Positions 5,745 to 13,838 of a stretch of DNA of 15,931 nucleotides are shown piece after piece. Numbering within the stretch: the stretch's first letter is position 1; every line of letters begins with the position of its first letter. This DNA is from an uncultured bacterium (lineage in GTDB: Bacteria > Pseudomonadota > Alphaproteobacteria > UBA8366 > JADFVY01), in the NCBI GenBank assembly GCA_965603635.1, contig CBFDDT010000086.1, forward strand, positions 1-15,931, in the 5' to 3' direction. The notes under the pieces are model-generated. The model saw only the letters and a program-made list of their open reading frames with translations, did not search any database and had not been told where the DNA came from. Both the position numbers and the translations under genes were made by a program.

Positions 5745-8675
5745 TCAATTCTCACGCAAGGCATCTGCCAGAATCCTTGCGACATGGACCGGTTGCCGTC
5801 CCGCACCGTCCCTGATCTGATGCCGGCAACTAGTGCCGTCGGACACTATCATAACGTCATTTTTCACCGCGCGCACCGCTGGAAGTACATCAATTTCGCC
5901 AATTTTTACCGATATATCGTAATGTTCAGCCTCATAGCCGAAAGCGCCGGCCATCCCGCAGCATGTTGACTCGATGGTTTCCACATACAAGCCCGGCACC
6001 AGCGACAGGGTCTTTTCGACCGATCCCATTGCGGCGAGGGCCTTCTGGTGACAATGGCCGTGCAGCAGCGCCTTGCCACCCGTGGCGGGTTCCAGGTCCA
6101 ACGCGAAACGCCCGGCTTCCACCTCGCGGGCGATGAATTCTTCGAACAGCATGGCCAGCCCGGCCAGCCTGGCGCTGTCCTCGCCGGGCAGCATCGCCTT
6201 GAATTCGTCGCGCAGCGAGAACAGGCAGGACGGTTCCAGCCCGACAACCGGCACGCCCTTGTCGACCCAGGGCCGCAGCGCCTCGATCATGCGGCTGGCC
6301 TCGGCGCGGGCCTCGTCGATCAGGCCGGCGGCAAGCAGGGTCCGGCCGCAGCATAGCGCCCGCCCACCTTCCGGCGCGCGGGCGATGTGGACGCGATAAC
6401 CGGCGGCGGCCAGCACCTTCACGGCGGCGCGGGCGTTTTCCGGTTCGAACCAGGTGTTGAAGCTGTCGACGAACAGCACAACTTCGCGCCCGTCCTCCGG
6501 CCCGGCGGGCGGTTGGTCATGGCGGAACCAGTCGCGGCGCCATTCGGGCAGCTTGCGCCGCGCGCTGAATCCCGTGATCCATTCGCCCAGCACCGCCAGC
6601 AGGCCAACGCGGTTGCGCAGGTTTAACAGTGGGCCGATCCGCGCCGCCCAGGGCGCATAATGCGGCATGAAGGCGACCAGGCGGTCGCGCAGGCTCAGCC
6701 GGTGCTTGCGGCGCCACTGGGCCAAGAATTCATATTTCATGCGCGCCATGTCAACGCCGGTCGGGCATTCGCGCTTGCAGCCCTTGCAAGCCAGGCACAG
6801 GTCCATCGTCGCCTTCATCTCCGGCGAGGTCAGCGCGTCCGGTCCCAACTGCCCGGTGATCGCCAGGCGCAGCGCGTTGGCGCGGCCGCGGGTGACGTGG
6901 ATCTCGTCGCCGGTGGCGCGGTAGGATGGGCACATGACGCCGGGGCTGGCCTTGCGGCAGGTGCCGTTGTTGTTGCACATCTCGATTGCTGCCGGGAAGC
7001 CGCCCCACTCAGACCAATCCAGCATGGGTTCCAGCGATTGTGGCGCATAGCCCGGCGGATAGCGGAACAGCGAGCGATCGTCCATTTTCGAGGGGCGCAC
7101 GATCTTGCCCGGATTGAACAGACAGGCCGGGTCGAACTTGTCTTTCACGTCCTCGAAGGCGCGGGCGATATTTGACCCGTACATGGTCTCCAGATGTTCG
7201 GAACGCACCAGCCCGTCGCCATGCTCGCCCGAGAACGAGCCCTTGTACTCGCGTACCATGGCGAAGGCTTCCTCGGCGATCTCGCGCATTTTCGTGACAT
7301 CCGTGCCCTCTTTCATGTTCAGGACAGGGCGTACATGCAGCGTGCCGACCGAGGCGTGGGCGTACCAGGTGCCGCTGGTGCCGTGCTTTTCGAACACGCC
7401 ATTCAGGCGCTCGGTATAGTCCGCCAGGCTATCCAGCGGCACGGCGCAATCCTCGATGAAGGAAACCGGTTTTCCCTCGCCCTTCATCGACATCATTATG
7501 TTCAGTCCGGCCTTGCGAACTTCCCAGACATCGCGCTGGAAGGCGGGGTCGGTCACCTCCACAACGGCGTCCGGATAGCCCAGATCACCCATCAGTTCGA
7601 CCAGCCCGGCGAGGCTGCGTTTCTGTGTCTCCAACGCGTCGCCGGCGAACTCCACCAGCAGCAGCGAGTCCGGCTGGCCGCGCACGAAGCTGTCGACGGT
7701 GGCGCGGAACATGGGGATTTCGCGGGACAGGTCGATCATGGTGCGGTCCACCAGTTCGACCGCCGCCGGGCTCAAATCGACGATATGCCGGGTAGCCTCC
7801 ATCGCCGCGCGGAAGGTCGGGAAATGGCAGATGCCCAGGACCTTGTGTTCCGGAATCGGCTGCAGATCCAGCTCGATCTCGTGGAAGAATGCCAGCGTGC
7901 CTTCCGAACCGACCAGCAGGTTGGCCATATTGTGGCCCTTGGGGTCGATGGTTTCGATATTGTAGCCGCCGACCTTGCGCAGCAGCTTCGGGATGTGCGC
8001 GTCTATCTCGGCGGCCTCGCGCAGGCCCAGCGACCGCATTTGCTGCACCAGTTCGATATAACGCCCGGGCGCTTCCAGTTCGGCCAGATTGCCCGGCGCG
8101 GCGCCGAAGGCGGCCTCGGTTCCGTCGGCGAGGATCGCCTCGATCGACCGCACATTATGAACCATGTTGCCGTAACGGATGGAGCGCGAGCCGCAGCTGT
8201 TGTTGCCGGTCATGCCGCCGATGGTGGCGCGGTTGGCGGGCGATACATCGACCGGGAAGAACAGGCCATGCGGCTTCAAGTAAGCGTTCAGATGATCCAG
8301 CACGATGCCGGGCCGCACGCGAACCCGACGATTTTTCTTGTCCAGCGAAACCACGTCGCGCAGATATTTACTGGTGTCGATGATCAGCGCCTCGCCGACC
8401 GTCTGACCGCATTGCGAGGTGCCGGCGCCGCGCGGCAGTACCGGCACGCCTTCGTCGCGGGCGATCTGGATGGCGGCCCGGATGTCATCCACGCTGTGCG
8501 GCACGACCACACCCACCGGCATGATCTGGTAGATCGAGGCATCGGTGCTGTAGCGTCCGCGGCTGAACGGATCGAATAGTATTTCGGCTTGCGTCTCACG
8601 CCCAAGACGGCGCGCCAGCGGGCTATCCGAGTCGTCCCGCGTTAACGCGGTTGTGGCTGCATGTTCGTTCGGCAT
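5745..8675 (-). CDS. Large FAD-linked oxidase / Fe-S / CCG-domain fusion protein (GlcD-GlcF-type fusion). It is a YdiJ-like 2-hydroxyacid (e.g. D-2-hydroxyglutarate, D-lactate or glycolate-type) dehydrogenase.
   Basis: The ORF is 976 aa. The N-terminal half is an FAD-binding PCMH domain (…PRGAGTSQCGQ…GGMTGNNSCG…) with an FAD-oxidase C-terminal domain. The C-terminal half has a 4Fe-4S motif CLACKGCKRECP, a second Cys cluster CNNNGTCRKASPGVMCP, and two CCG-like domains (ALCCGRT…, ESTCCGMAGAFGYE). The architecture and length match E. coli YdiJ-type proteins. Confidence 0.9.
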   Translation of the reverse strand: MPNEHAATTALTRDDSDSPLARRLGRETQAEILFDPFSRGRYSTDASIYQIMPVGVVVPHSVDDIRAAIQIARDEGVPVLPRGAGTSQCGQTVGEALIIDTSKYLRDVVSLDKKNRRVRVRPGIVLDHLNAYLKPHGLFFPVDVSPANRATIGGMTGNNSCGSRSIRYGNMVHNVRSIEAILADGTEAAFGAAPGNLAELEAPGRYIELVQQMRSLGLREAAEIDAHIPKLLRKVGGYNIETIDPKGHNMANLLVGSEGTLAFFHEIELDLQPIPEHKVLGICHFPTFRAAMEATRHIVDLSPAAVELVDRTMIDLSREIPMFRATVDSFVRGQPDSLLLVEFAGDALETQKRSLAGLVELMGDLGYPDAVVEVTDPAFQRDVWEVRKAGLNIMMSMKGEGKPVSFIEDCAVPLDSLADYTERLNGVFEKHGTSGTWYAHASVGTLHVRPVLNMKEGTDVTKMREIAEEAFAMVREYKGSFSGEHGDGLVRSEHLETMYGSNIARAFEDVKDKFDPACLFNPGKIVRPSKMDDRSLFRYPPGYAPQSLEPMLDWSEWGGFPAAIEMCNNNGTCRKASPGVMCPSYRATGDEIHVTRGRANALRLAITGQLGPDALTSPEMKATMDLCLACKGCKRECPTGVDMARMKYEFLAQWRRKHRLSLRDRLVAFMPHYAPWAARIGPLLNLRNRVGLLAVLGEWITGFSARRKLPEWRRDWFRHDQPPAGPEDGREVVLFVDSFNTWFEPENARAAVKVLAAAGYRVHIARAPEGGRALCCGRTLLAAGLIDEARAEASRMIEALRPWVDKGVPVVGLEPSCLFSLRDEFKAMLPGEDSARLAGLAMLFEEFIAREVEAGRFALDLEPATGGKALLHGHCHQKALAAMGSVEKTLSLVPGLYVETIESTCCGMAGAFGYEAEHYDISVKIGEIDVLPAVRAVKNDVMIVSDGTSCRHQIRDGAGRQPVHVARILADALREN

Positions 8676-8723
8676 GTTGCCGGGTACCCCGTTTGCGGGG
8701 AGCGGTCAAGCGTTCAGAAGTAT

Positions 8724-8733
8724 TTGTATACAA
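8724..8733. promoter_or_regulatory. Candidate GntR-family operator: the perfect palindrome TTGTATACAA.
   Basis: A 10-bp perfect inverted repeat with AT-rich flanks. It fits the GntR/FadR-type consensus (N)GT(N)AC(N). It lies ~50 nt upstream of the oxidase start and adjacent to the cognate GntR operon. Confidence 0.35.
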
Positions 8734-8831
8734 TATAGAGAAATCCTCTACGGTTGCATTCGCTTATATGTGAGAAACTATTGATATAGCGGAATCGGGA
8801 ACGTGAATTAAGAACCTTGCCCCGGCCAGGA

Positions 8832-8841
8832 TTGTATGCAA
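8832..8841. promoter_or_regulatory. Second, degenerate copy of the operator-like motif (TTGTATGCAA).
   Basis: It matches 9 of 10 positions of the first palindrome. It lies 108 bp away and ~75 nt upstream of the aminotransferase start. Confidence 0.25.
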
Positions 8842-8914
8842 AATTTCGACCGAGGCATGGATAGCGGCCGGGCTGAATTCTAAACAAGGCCGAAAAACAA
8901 TTGAGAGAAACCGA

Positions 8915-10093
8915 ATGACTTTCCGAAGCGGTCGCCATTTTCTGCAGATTCCCGGGCCGACCAATGTCCCGGACCGGGTGCTTCGGGCGATGGACGGTCC
9001 GGTCGTAGATCATCGCGGTCCCGAATTCGCCGAGCTCGGGCAGGAATGTCTGGCCGGCATGAAGCGGGTTTTCCAGACCGAAGGCGACGTCATTATCTAT
9101 CCCGGCTCGGGCACGGGCGCTTGGGAAGCCGCCCTGGTCAATGCGCTGTCGCCCGGCGATCATGTTTTGATGTACGAGACCGGCCACTTCGCGGCGTTGT
9201 GGTCGGGGCTGGCCAATCGGTTGGGGCTGAAGGTCGAACTGATTGAGGGCGATTGGCGGCACGGCGCGGATGCCGGTGCCATCGGCGCGCGCCTTGCCGA
9301 AGACAAGTCCCATGAAATCAAGGCCGTCTGCGTGGTCCATAACGAAACCTCGACCGGGGCCGTCAGCGATATCGCCGCCGTGCGCAAGGCAATCGACGGG
9401 GCCGGGCATCCGGCGTTGCTGATGGCCGATACCATCTCGTCGCTGGCCTCGATCGAATATCGCCACGACGAATGGGGCGTCGACGTCACCATCGGCGGCT
9501 CGCAAAAAGGCCTGATGCTGCCGCCGGGGTTGAGCTTTAATGCGGTCGGGCCGAAGGCATGGGCGGCGGCCGAATCCTCCACCATGCCCCGGTCATACTG
9601 GGACTGGTCGGAAATGCGCGGGCCGAACAAACAAGGGTATTTCCCCTACACACCCGCAACCAACTTGCTGTATGGTTTGCGCGAGGCGCTGAAAATGCTG
9701 CTCGACGAGGAAGGGCTGGACAATGTCTTCGCTCGCCATCGCCGTCTGGCCGAGGCCACGCGCCGCGCCGTTCGCGGCTGGGGCCTTGAAAATCTTTGCG
9801 CCAATGAGGACGAATACAGCAACTCATTGACTGCGGTTCTTATGCCCGACGGCCACGATGCCGATGCGCTGCGTAAGGTTATCCTGGATCGCTTCGACAT
9901 GTCGCTGGGCACCGGATTAAGCAAGGTCGCCGGCAAGGTTTTCCGCATCGGCCATCTGGGCGATTTCAACGAGCTGATGCTGATGGGCGCCCTGACCGGC
10001 GTCGAGATGGGACTGTCAGTCGCGGGTGTTCCGCATCAATCCCGCGGCGTGATGGCGGCCATGGAATTTCTGGCGGAGAGACGGAACGAATAG
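8915..10093 (+). CDS. Class V (PLP-dependent) aminotransferase of the serine--glyoxylate / alanine--glyoxylate aminotransferase family (SgaA/AGXT-like).
   Basis: The N-terminal motif GRHFLQIPGPTNVPDRVLRAM, the segment …EIKAVCVVHNETSTGAVSDIAAVRKAIDGAGHPALLMAD…GGSQKGLMLPPGLSF (PLP-lysine region) and …VAGKVFRIGHLGDFNE closely parallel methylotroph SgaA. Confidence 0.9.
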   Translation: MTFRSGRHFLQIPGPTNVPDRVLRAMDGPVVDHRGPEFAELGQECLAGMKRVFQTEGDVIIYPGSGTGAWEAALVNALSPGDHVLMYETGHFAALWSGLANRLGLKVELIEGDWRHGADAGAIGARLAEDKSHEIKAVCVVHNETSTGAVSDIAAVRKAIDGAGHPALLMADTISSLASIEYRHDEWGVDVTIGGSQKGLMLPPGLSFNAVGPKAWAAAESSTMPRSYWDWSEMRGPNKQGYFPYTPATNLLYGLREALKMLLDEEGLDNVFARHRRLAEATRRAVRGWGLENLCANEDEYSNSLTAVLMPDGHDADALRKVILDRFDMSLGTGLSKVAGKVFRIGHLGDFNELMLMGALTGVEMGLSVAGVPHQSRGVMAAMEFLAERRNE

Positions 10094-10159
10094 CGGATGC
10101 CTCCCGTGAAGAACAAAGAAGGCAAAACTATAAACAGATAACCCTGCAAGGAGGAAACT

Positions 10160-11137
10160 ATGCGATTAGGAAAACTGTTAGCGGGCATCGCCCTGGCGGC
10201 GAGCTTCGCCCTTCCGGCTTCGGCCGCGGAAATCACCATGAAGTTCGGGCATGTCGGCGCACCGGGCTCGCTGTTCGACGCCACGGCGAAAGAATTCGCC
10301 CGGCGTGTAAATGAACAAATGGCCGGCAAGGTGAAGATCGAGGTCTTCGGCTCCAGCCAGCTCGGCAAGGACAAGGAGTTGTTGCAGAAACTGAAGCTAG
10401 GCACCGTCGATTTCTCGCTGCCGTCCAGCGTGATGACGTCGGTTGTCGACCAGTTCGGCCTGTTCGACATGCCATACCTGGTCAAGGACCGCGCCCATAT
10501 GGGCCGGATCGAGAAGGAAATCTTCTGGAGCAAGCTGGCCCCGTTGGTCGAGGCCAAGGGTTACAAGATTATCGCCCTGTGGGAAAACGGCTTCCGCCAC
10601 ATCACCAACAATGTGCGGCCGATCGTCGTGCCGGGCGACCTCGATGGCATCAAACTGCGCACGCCTAAGGGCAAATGGCGCGTCAAGATGTTCCAGGCCT
10701 ATGGCGCCAATCCGACGCCGCTGGCTTTCTCCGAGGTTTTCGTCGCGCTGCAGACCGGCGTGATGGACGGCCAGGAGAACCCGTTCGCGAACATTTACAG
10801 CGCCAAGTTCCACGAAGTGCAGAAGTACCTGTCGCTGACGGGCCACGTATACACCCCGGGCTATGCGCTGGTCGGCAAGAAGAAATGGGACAGCCTGCCC
10901 GCCGATATCCGCGACGAACTGGAAAAGATCGCCAAGGAGACGCAGGGCTTCGTTTATGAGCATGCGGCGAAGTTGGAAACCGACCTGCTGGCCAAGCTTA
11001 AGGCCGGTGGGATGGCGATTAACGAGGCCGACAAGGCGGCCTTCGTTAAGGCCAGCGCGCCGATCTACACCCAGTTCGGCGGCGACGTCGAGGGCGGATC
11101 GGCCCTCGTCGAACAGGCGCTGGGGCTCGCCAACTGA
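10160..11137 (+). CDS. dctP: TRAP transporter substrate-binding protein (DctP family), with an N-terminal signal peptide.
   Basis: MRLGKLLAGIALAASFALPASAA|E is a signal peptide. A strong SD AAGGAGG lies 5 nt upstream. DctP-family motifs are present (…KFGHVGAPGS…, …ENGFRHITNN…PIVVPGDLDGIKLRTP…). An aligned reference would be needed to confirm a ligand-carboxylate-binding Arg. Confidence 0.9.
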   Translation: MRLGKLLAGIALAASFALPASAAEITMKFGHVGAPGSLFDATAKEFARRVNEQMAGKVKIEVFGSSQLGKDKELLQKLKLGTVDFSLPSSVMTSVVDQFGLFDMPYLVKDRAHMGRIEKEIFWSKLAPLVEAKGYKIIALWENGFRHITNNVRPIVVPGDLDGIKLRTPKGKWRVKMFQAYGANPTPLAFSEVFVALQTGVMDGQENPFANIYSAKFHEVQKYLSLTGHVYTPGYALVGKKKWDSLPADIRDELEKIAKETQGFVYEHAAKLETDLLAKLKAGGMAINEADKAAFVKASAPIYTQFGGDVEGGSALVEQALGLAN

Positions 11138-11155
11138 TTCTTCGTAACGACCGTT

Positions 11156-11210
11156 CCGCCTCCGTGTCCGAAAGGGGCCGGGGGCGGGGCGGGCTCTTTA
11201 GAGTTTTATA
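11156..11210 (+). terminator. Intercistronic GC-rich stem-loop with a GAAA tetraloop followed by a T-rich tract, between dctP and dctQ. It is probably an attenuator or mRNA stabiliser giving excess binding protein.
   Basis: CCGCCTCCGTGTCC-GAAA-GGGGCCGGGGGCGG (11156-11187) pairs 9 bp + 3 bp with G·U wobble allowed. It is followed by CTCTTTAGAGTTTTATAAAATT. Confidence 0.4.
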
Positions 11211-11239
11211 AAATTCACGCATTGAAGGGGATGCCGCTA

Positions 11240-11758
11240 ATGACCTTGTTGGAGCGGCTGGAGCGCTGGTTCGAGGTGCTGCTGGAGGCGATCGTGATGC
11301 TGCTGACAAGCAGCCTGGCGATCGTTGTATTGCTGGCGGTGATTTATCGCAAGGCCGGCCATTCGCTGGTCTGGTATGACGAGGTCGCGTCGGTCATGCT
11401 GGCCTGGCTGACCTATTACGGGGCCGCGCTGGCGGCACTCAAGCGCGCCCATATCGGGTTTCCCGGCCTTGTCGAGGCGCTGCCGACGCAGTGGCGGATC
11501 GCCGCCATCTGGTTCGGCGAGGTGATTGTCATTGGTTTCTTCGGATTGATGGCCTGGGTCGGCTGGGAAGTGCTGATCGTCCTGGAAGGCGACTATCTCA
11601 TCAGCCTGCCCGAGGTTCCCTCTACCTTCACGCAGTCTGTCATTCCCATCGGCGGGGCGCTGTTCATCGTCGCCCAGCTGCTCAGTCTGCCGCGCGCGCT
11701 CGACGAAGCGCGGCGCGGGCTACGCCATGAGATTCCGCCGGAGTTGCAGGACACATGA
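11240..11758 (+). CDS. dctQ: TRAP transporter small permease (DctQ family), with 4 TM helices.
   Basis: A ~173-aa hydrophobic protein lying between dctP and dctM. GAAGGGG sits 9 nt upstream of the ATG at 11240. In-frame alternative starts are TTG at 11222 and ATG at 11231. Its stop overlaps the dctM start (ATGA at 11755-11758). Confidence 0.8.
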   Translation: MTLLERLERWFEVLLEAIVMLLTSSLAIVVLLAVIYRKAGHSLVWYDEVASVMLAWLTYYGAALAALKRAHIGFPGLVEALPTQWRIAAIWFGEVIVIGFFGLMAWVGWEVLIVLEGDYLISLPEVPSTFTQSVIPIGGALFIVAQLLSLPRALDEARRGLRHEIPPELQDT

Positions 11759-13038
11759 GCATTCTTCTGATGTTTCTGGGCCTGTTCCTGCTGGTCATGC
11801 TGAACGTGCCGATCGCGGTCTCGCTCGGCGTCGTCGCCGCGGTGGCGATGGTCGCGATGTCCGGCCCCGACATTCTGCCCAATCTGGCGCTGGTCATGTA
11901 TGACGGCGCAACCAAGTTCCCGCTGCTGGCCATTCCGCTGTTCATCCTGGCCGGTGCGATCATGAATTCGTCGGGCATTTCCCGCCGCCTTATAGCCTTC
12001 GCCTCGGCGTTGTTCGGCTTCGTGAAGGGCGGGTTGGCGATGGTCAATATCGGGACCTCGCTGTTCTTCGCCGAAATATCGGGTTCCGCAGTAGCCGACG
12101 TGGCGGCGCTGGGCTCGATCCTGATCCCGGCAATGAAGAAGAAGGGCTATCCCGGCGCCCTGGCCGCCGCCGTGACATCGTCTTCCGCGACGCTGGCGGT
12201 CATTATCCCACCCTCGATCCCGATGATCCTTTACGCGGTGATGGCCGACGCCTCGGTGGTGCAGCTTTTCGTCGCCGGCATCGTGCCTGGGTTGCTGGGC
12301 GGCTTCCTGATGATGTGCGTCTCTTACTGGTTCGCCGTACGCTTTAATCTGCCGGTCGAGGAAGCATTTCAATTGCCTCGCGTCTGGGCGACTTTCAAGG
12401 ACGCCGCCTGGGCCTTCCTGTTGCCCGTGATCATTCTGGGCGGCATATTCGGCGGCATCGTGACGGCGACCGAGGGCGCGGCGCTGGCGGTGTTCGCCGC
12501 CCTGTTCATCGGGGGGGGCATTTACCGTGAACTCGATTGGGCGCATCTGCGCGAGGCCATCATGGAGGGCGGCGTGCAGACAGCCGTGGTGATGCTGCTG
12601 GTGGCGTCCTCGGCCCTGGTCGGTGTCCATCTGACCGAGCAGCAGGTGCCGCAGCAACTGGCCGCAACAATCAGCGATTTCACTCAAAACAAATATGTCG
12701 TGCTGGCGCTGTTGAACGTGATGTTCCTGGTGCTTGGCCTGTTTCTGCATTCGGCGGCCGCGATTATTCTGGTGGTGCCGATTGTCATCCCGCTGGTCAA
12801 CGCGGTCGGCATCGACCCGGTGCATTTCGGCCTGATCGTGACCCTGAATCTCGGCATCGGCCAACAGACCCCGCCGGTCGCCAGCGTGCTGATCACCGCC
12901 TGCTCCGTCGCCAAGGCGAATATCTGGGAGGTCAGCAAATACAATATCTATTACATCGCCGTGCTGCTGTTTATCCTGATGTTGGTGACCTATATCCCGA
13001 TTATCCCGATGGGGCTGGTCTATCTGTTCTATGGTTAA
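11755..13038 (+). CDS. dctM: TRAP transporter large permease (DctM family).
   Basis: A 427-aa polytopic membrane protein with a typical DctM N-terminus (MSILLMFLGLFLLVMLNVPIAVSLG…) and internal motifs. It is translationally coupled to dctQ. It contains a G8 homopolymer at 12511-12518. Confidence 0.9.
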   Translation: MSILLMFLGLFLLVMLNVPIAVSLGVVAAVAMVAMSGPDILPNLALVMYDGATKFPLLAIPLFILAGAIMNSSGISRRLIAFASALFGFVKGGLAMVNIGTSLFFAEISGSAVADVAALGSILIPAMKKKGYPGALAAAVTSSSATLAVIIPPSIPMILYAVMADASVVQLFVAGIVPGLLGGFLMMCVSYWFAVRFNLPVEEAFQLPRVWATFKDAAWAFLLPVIILGGIFGGIVTATEGAALAVFAALFIGGGIYRELDWAHLREAIMEGGVQTAVVMLLVASSALVGVHLTEQQVPQQLAATISDFTQNKYVVLALLNVMFLVLGLFLHSAAAIILVVPIVIPLVNAVGIDPVHFGLIVTLNLGIGQQTPPVASVLITACSVAKANIWEVSKYNIYYIAVLLFILMLVTYIPIIPMGLVYLFYG

Positions 13039-13052
13039 GGGAGAGGCGCGCG

Positions 13053-13835
13053 ATGCCTGAAGAAACAATACTGGTAAGCCGCGACGGGCACATCGCCGCC
13101 GTCACGCTGAACCGCCCGGACAAGCTGAACGCCATGACCAAGCCGATGTGGCTGCGTCTCGGCGTGGTGCTGGAGGAACTGGCGGCCGACGACGGCCTGC
13201 GTTGCGTCGTGCTGCGCGGGGCGGGCGGCAAGTCCTTCTCGCCGGGCAACGATATCTCGGAATTCGAAACCGACCGCTCGAACGCCGAACAGGCCAAGGC
13301 CTATGGCGCGATCCTGCACCATACCCTGACCGCGCTGAAAACCTGCCGCCATCCGACGGTGGCCCTGATCGAGGGCATCTGCGTCGGCGGCGGGCTGGAG
13401 ATCGCGGCGCTCTGCGACTTGCGTATCTGCGGCGAATCCAGCCGTTTCGGCGTACCAATCAAGCGGCTGGGCCTTGTCATGGCATATCCGGAAATCGACG
13501 GTTTGCAGCGCCTTGTCGGGCGTTCGACCGCACTGGAAATACTACTCGAAGGCCGCGTCTTCGGCGCGACGGAGGCCAGGGACAAGGGCCTGGTCACCCG
13601 TGTCGTGCCTGACGGCGAGGTCGAGGAAGAGGCCATGGCCACGGCGCAACGCATCGCCGACGGGGCGCCTCTGGTCGCGCGCTGGCACAAGAAGTTCCTC
13701 GACCGGCTGGAGGATCCCGCGCCGTTGAGCGAGGTCGAACTCGACGAGGGTTATGCCTGTTACGATACCGAGGATTTCGGGATCGGCTATAAATCCTTTC
13801 TCGACAAAACCAAGCCGGATTTCAAGGGACGCTGA
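13053..13835 (+). CDS. Enoyl-CoA hydratase/isomerase (crotonase superfamily).
   Basis: Crotonase motifs are present: …AAVTLNRPDKLNAMT…, …GAGGKSFSPGNDISEF…, …ALIEGICVGGGLEIAALCDLRI…. An SD AAGGGAGAGG lies 7 nt upstream of the ATG at 13053. The listed ORF 12537..13835 is an upstream in-frame extension that overlaps dctM, and I reject it as the true start. Confidence 0.85.
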   Translation: MPEETILVSRDGHIAAVTLNRPDKLNAMTKPMWLRLGVVLEELAADDGLRCVVLRGAGGKSFSPGNDISEFETDRSNAEQAKAYGAILHHTLTALKTCRHPTVALIEGICVGGGLEIAALCDLRICGESSRFGVPIKRLGLVMAYPEIDGLQRLVGRSTALEILLEGRVFGATEARDKGLVTRVVPDGEVEEEAMATAQRIADGAPLVARWHKKFLDRLEDPAPLSEVELDEGYACYDTEDFGIGYKSFLDKTKPDFKGR

Positions 13836-13838
13836 ACC

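Larger units (their letters stand above)
8676..8914. promoter_or_regulatory. AT-rich divergent promoter region between the oxidase/GntR operon (minus) and the aminotransferase-TRAP-CoA operon (plus).
   Basis: This 239-bp non-coding stretch has visibly lower GC than its flanks. The start codons face outward on both sides. Confidence 0.6.

Noticed and set aside
7194-8579. 461-aa plus-strand ORF inside the oxidase gene
   Set aside because: It is the antisense shadow of a well-supported 976-aa FAD/Fe-S protein. Its composition (Ala/Gly/His/Arg/Asp-rich) is non-protein-like and it has no SD.
12537-13052. Upstream in-frame extension of the enoyl-CoA hydratase ORF (listed as a 432-aa ORF)
   Set aside because: The extension overlaps dctM in another frame, is Arg/Gly-rich, and lacks an SD. 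The ATG at 13053 has a strong SD and begins the crotonase fold.
11593-13068. 491-aa minus-strand ORF opposite dctQ/dctM
   Set aside because: Its His/Arg/Asp/Gln-rich composition is highly unrealistic. It is a shadow frame of the TRAP permease genes.
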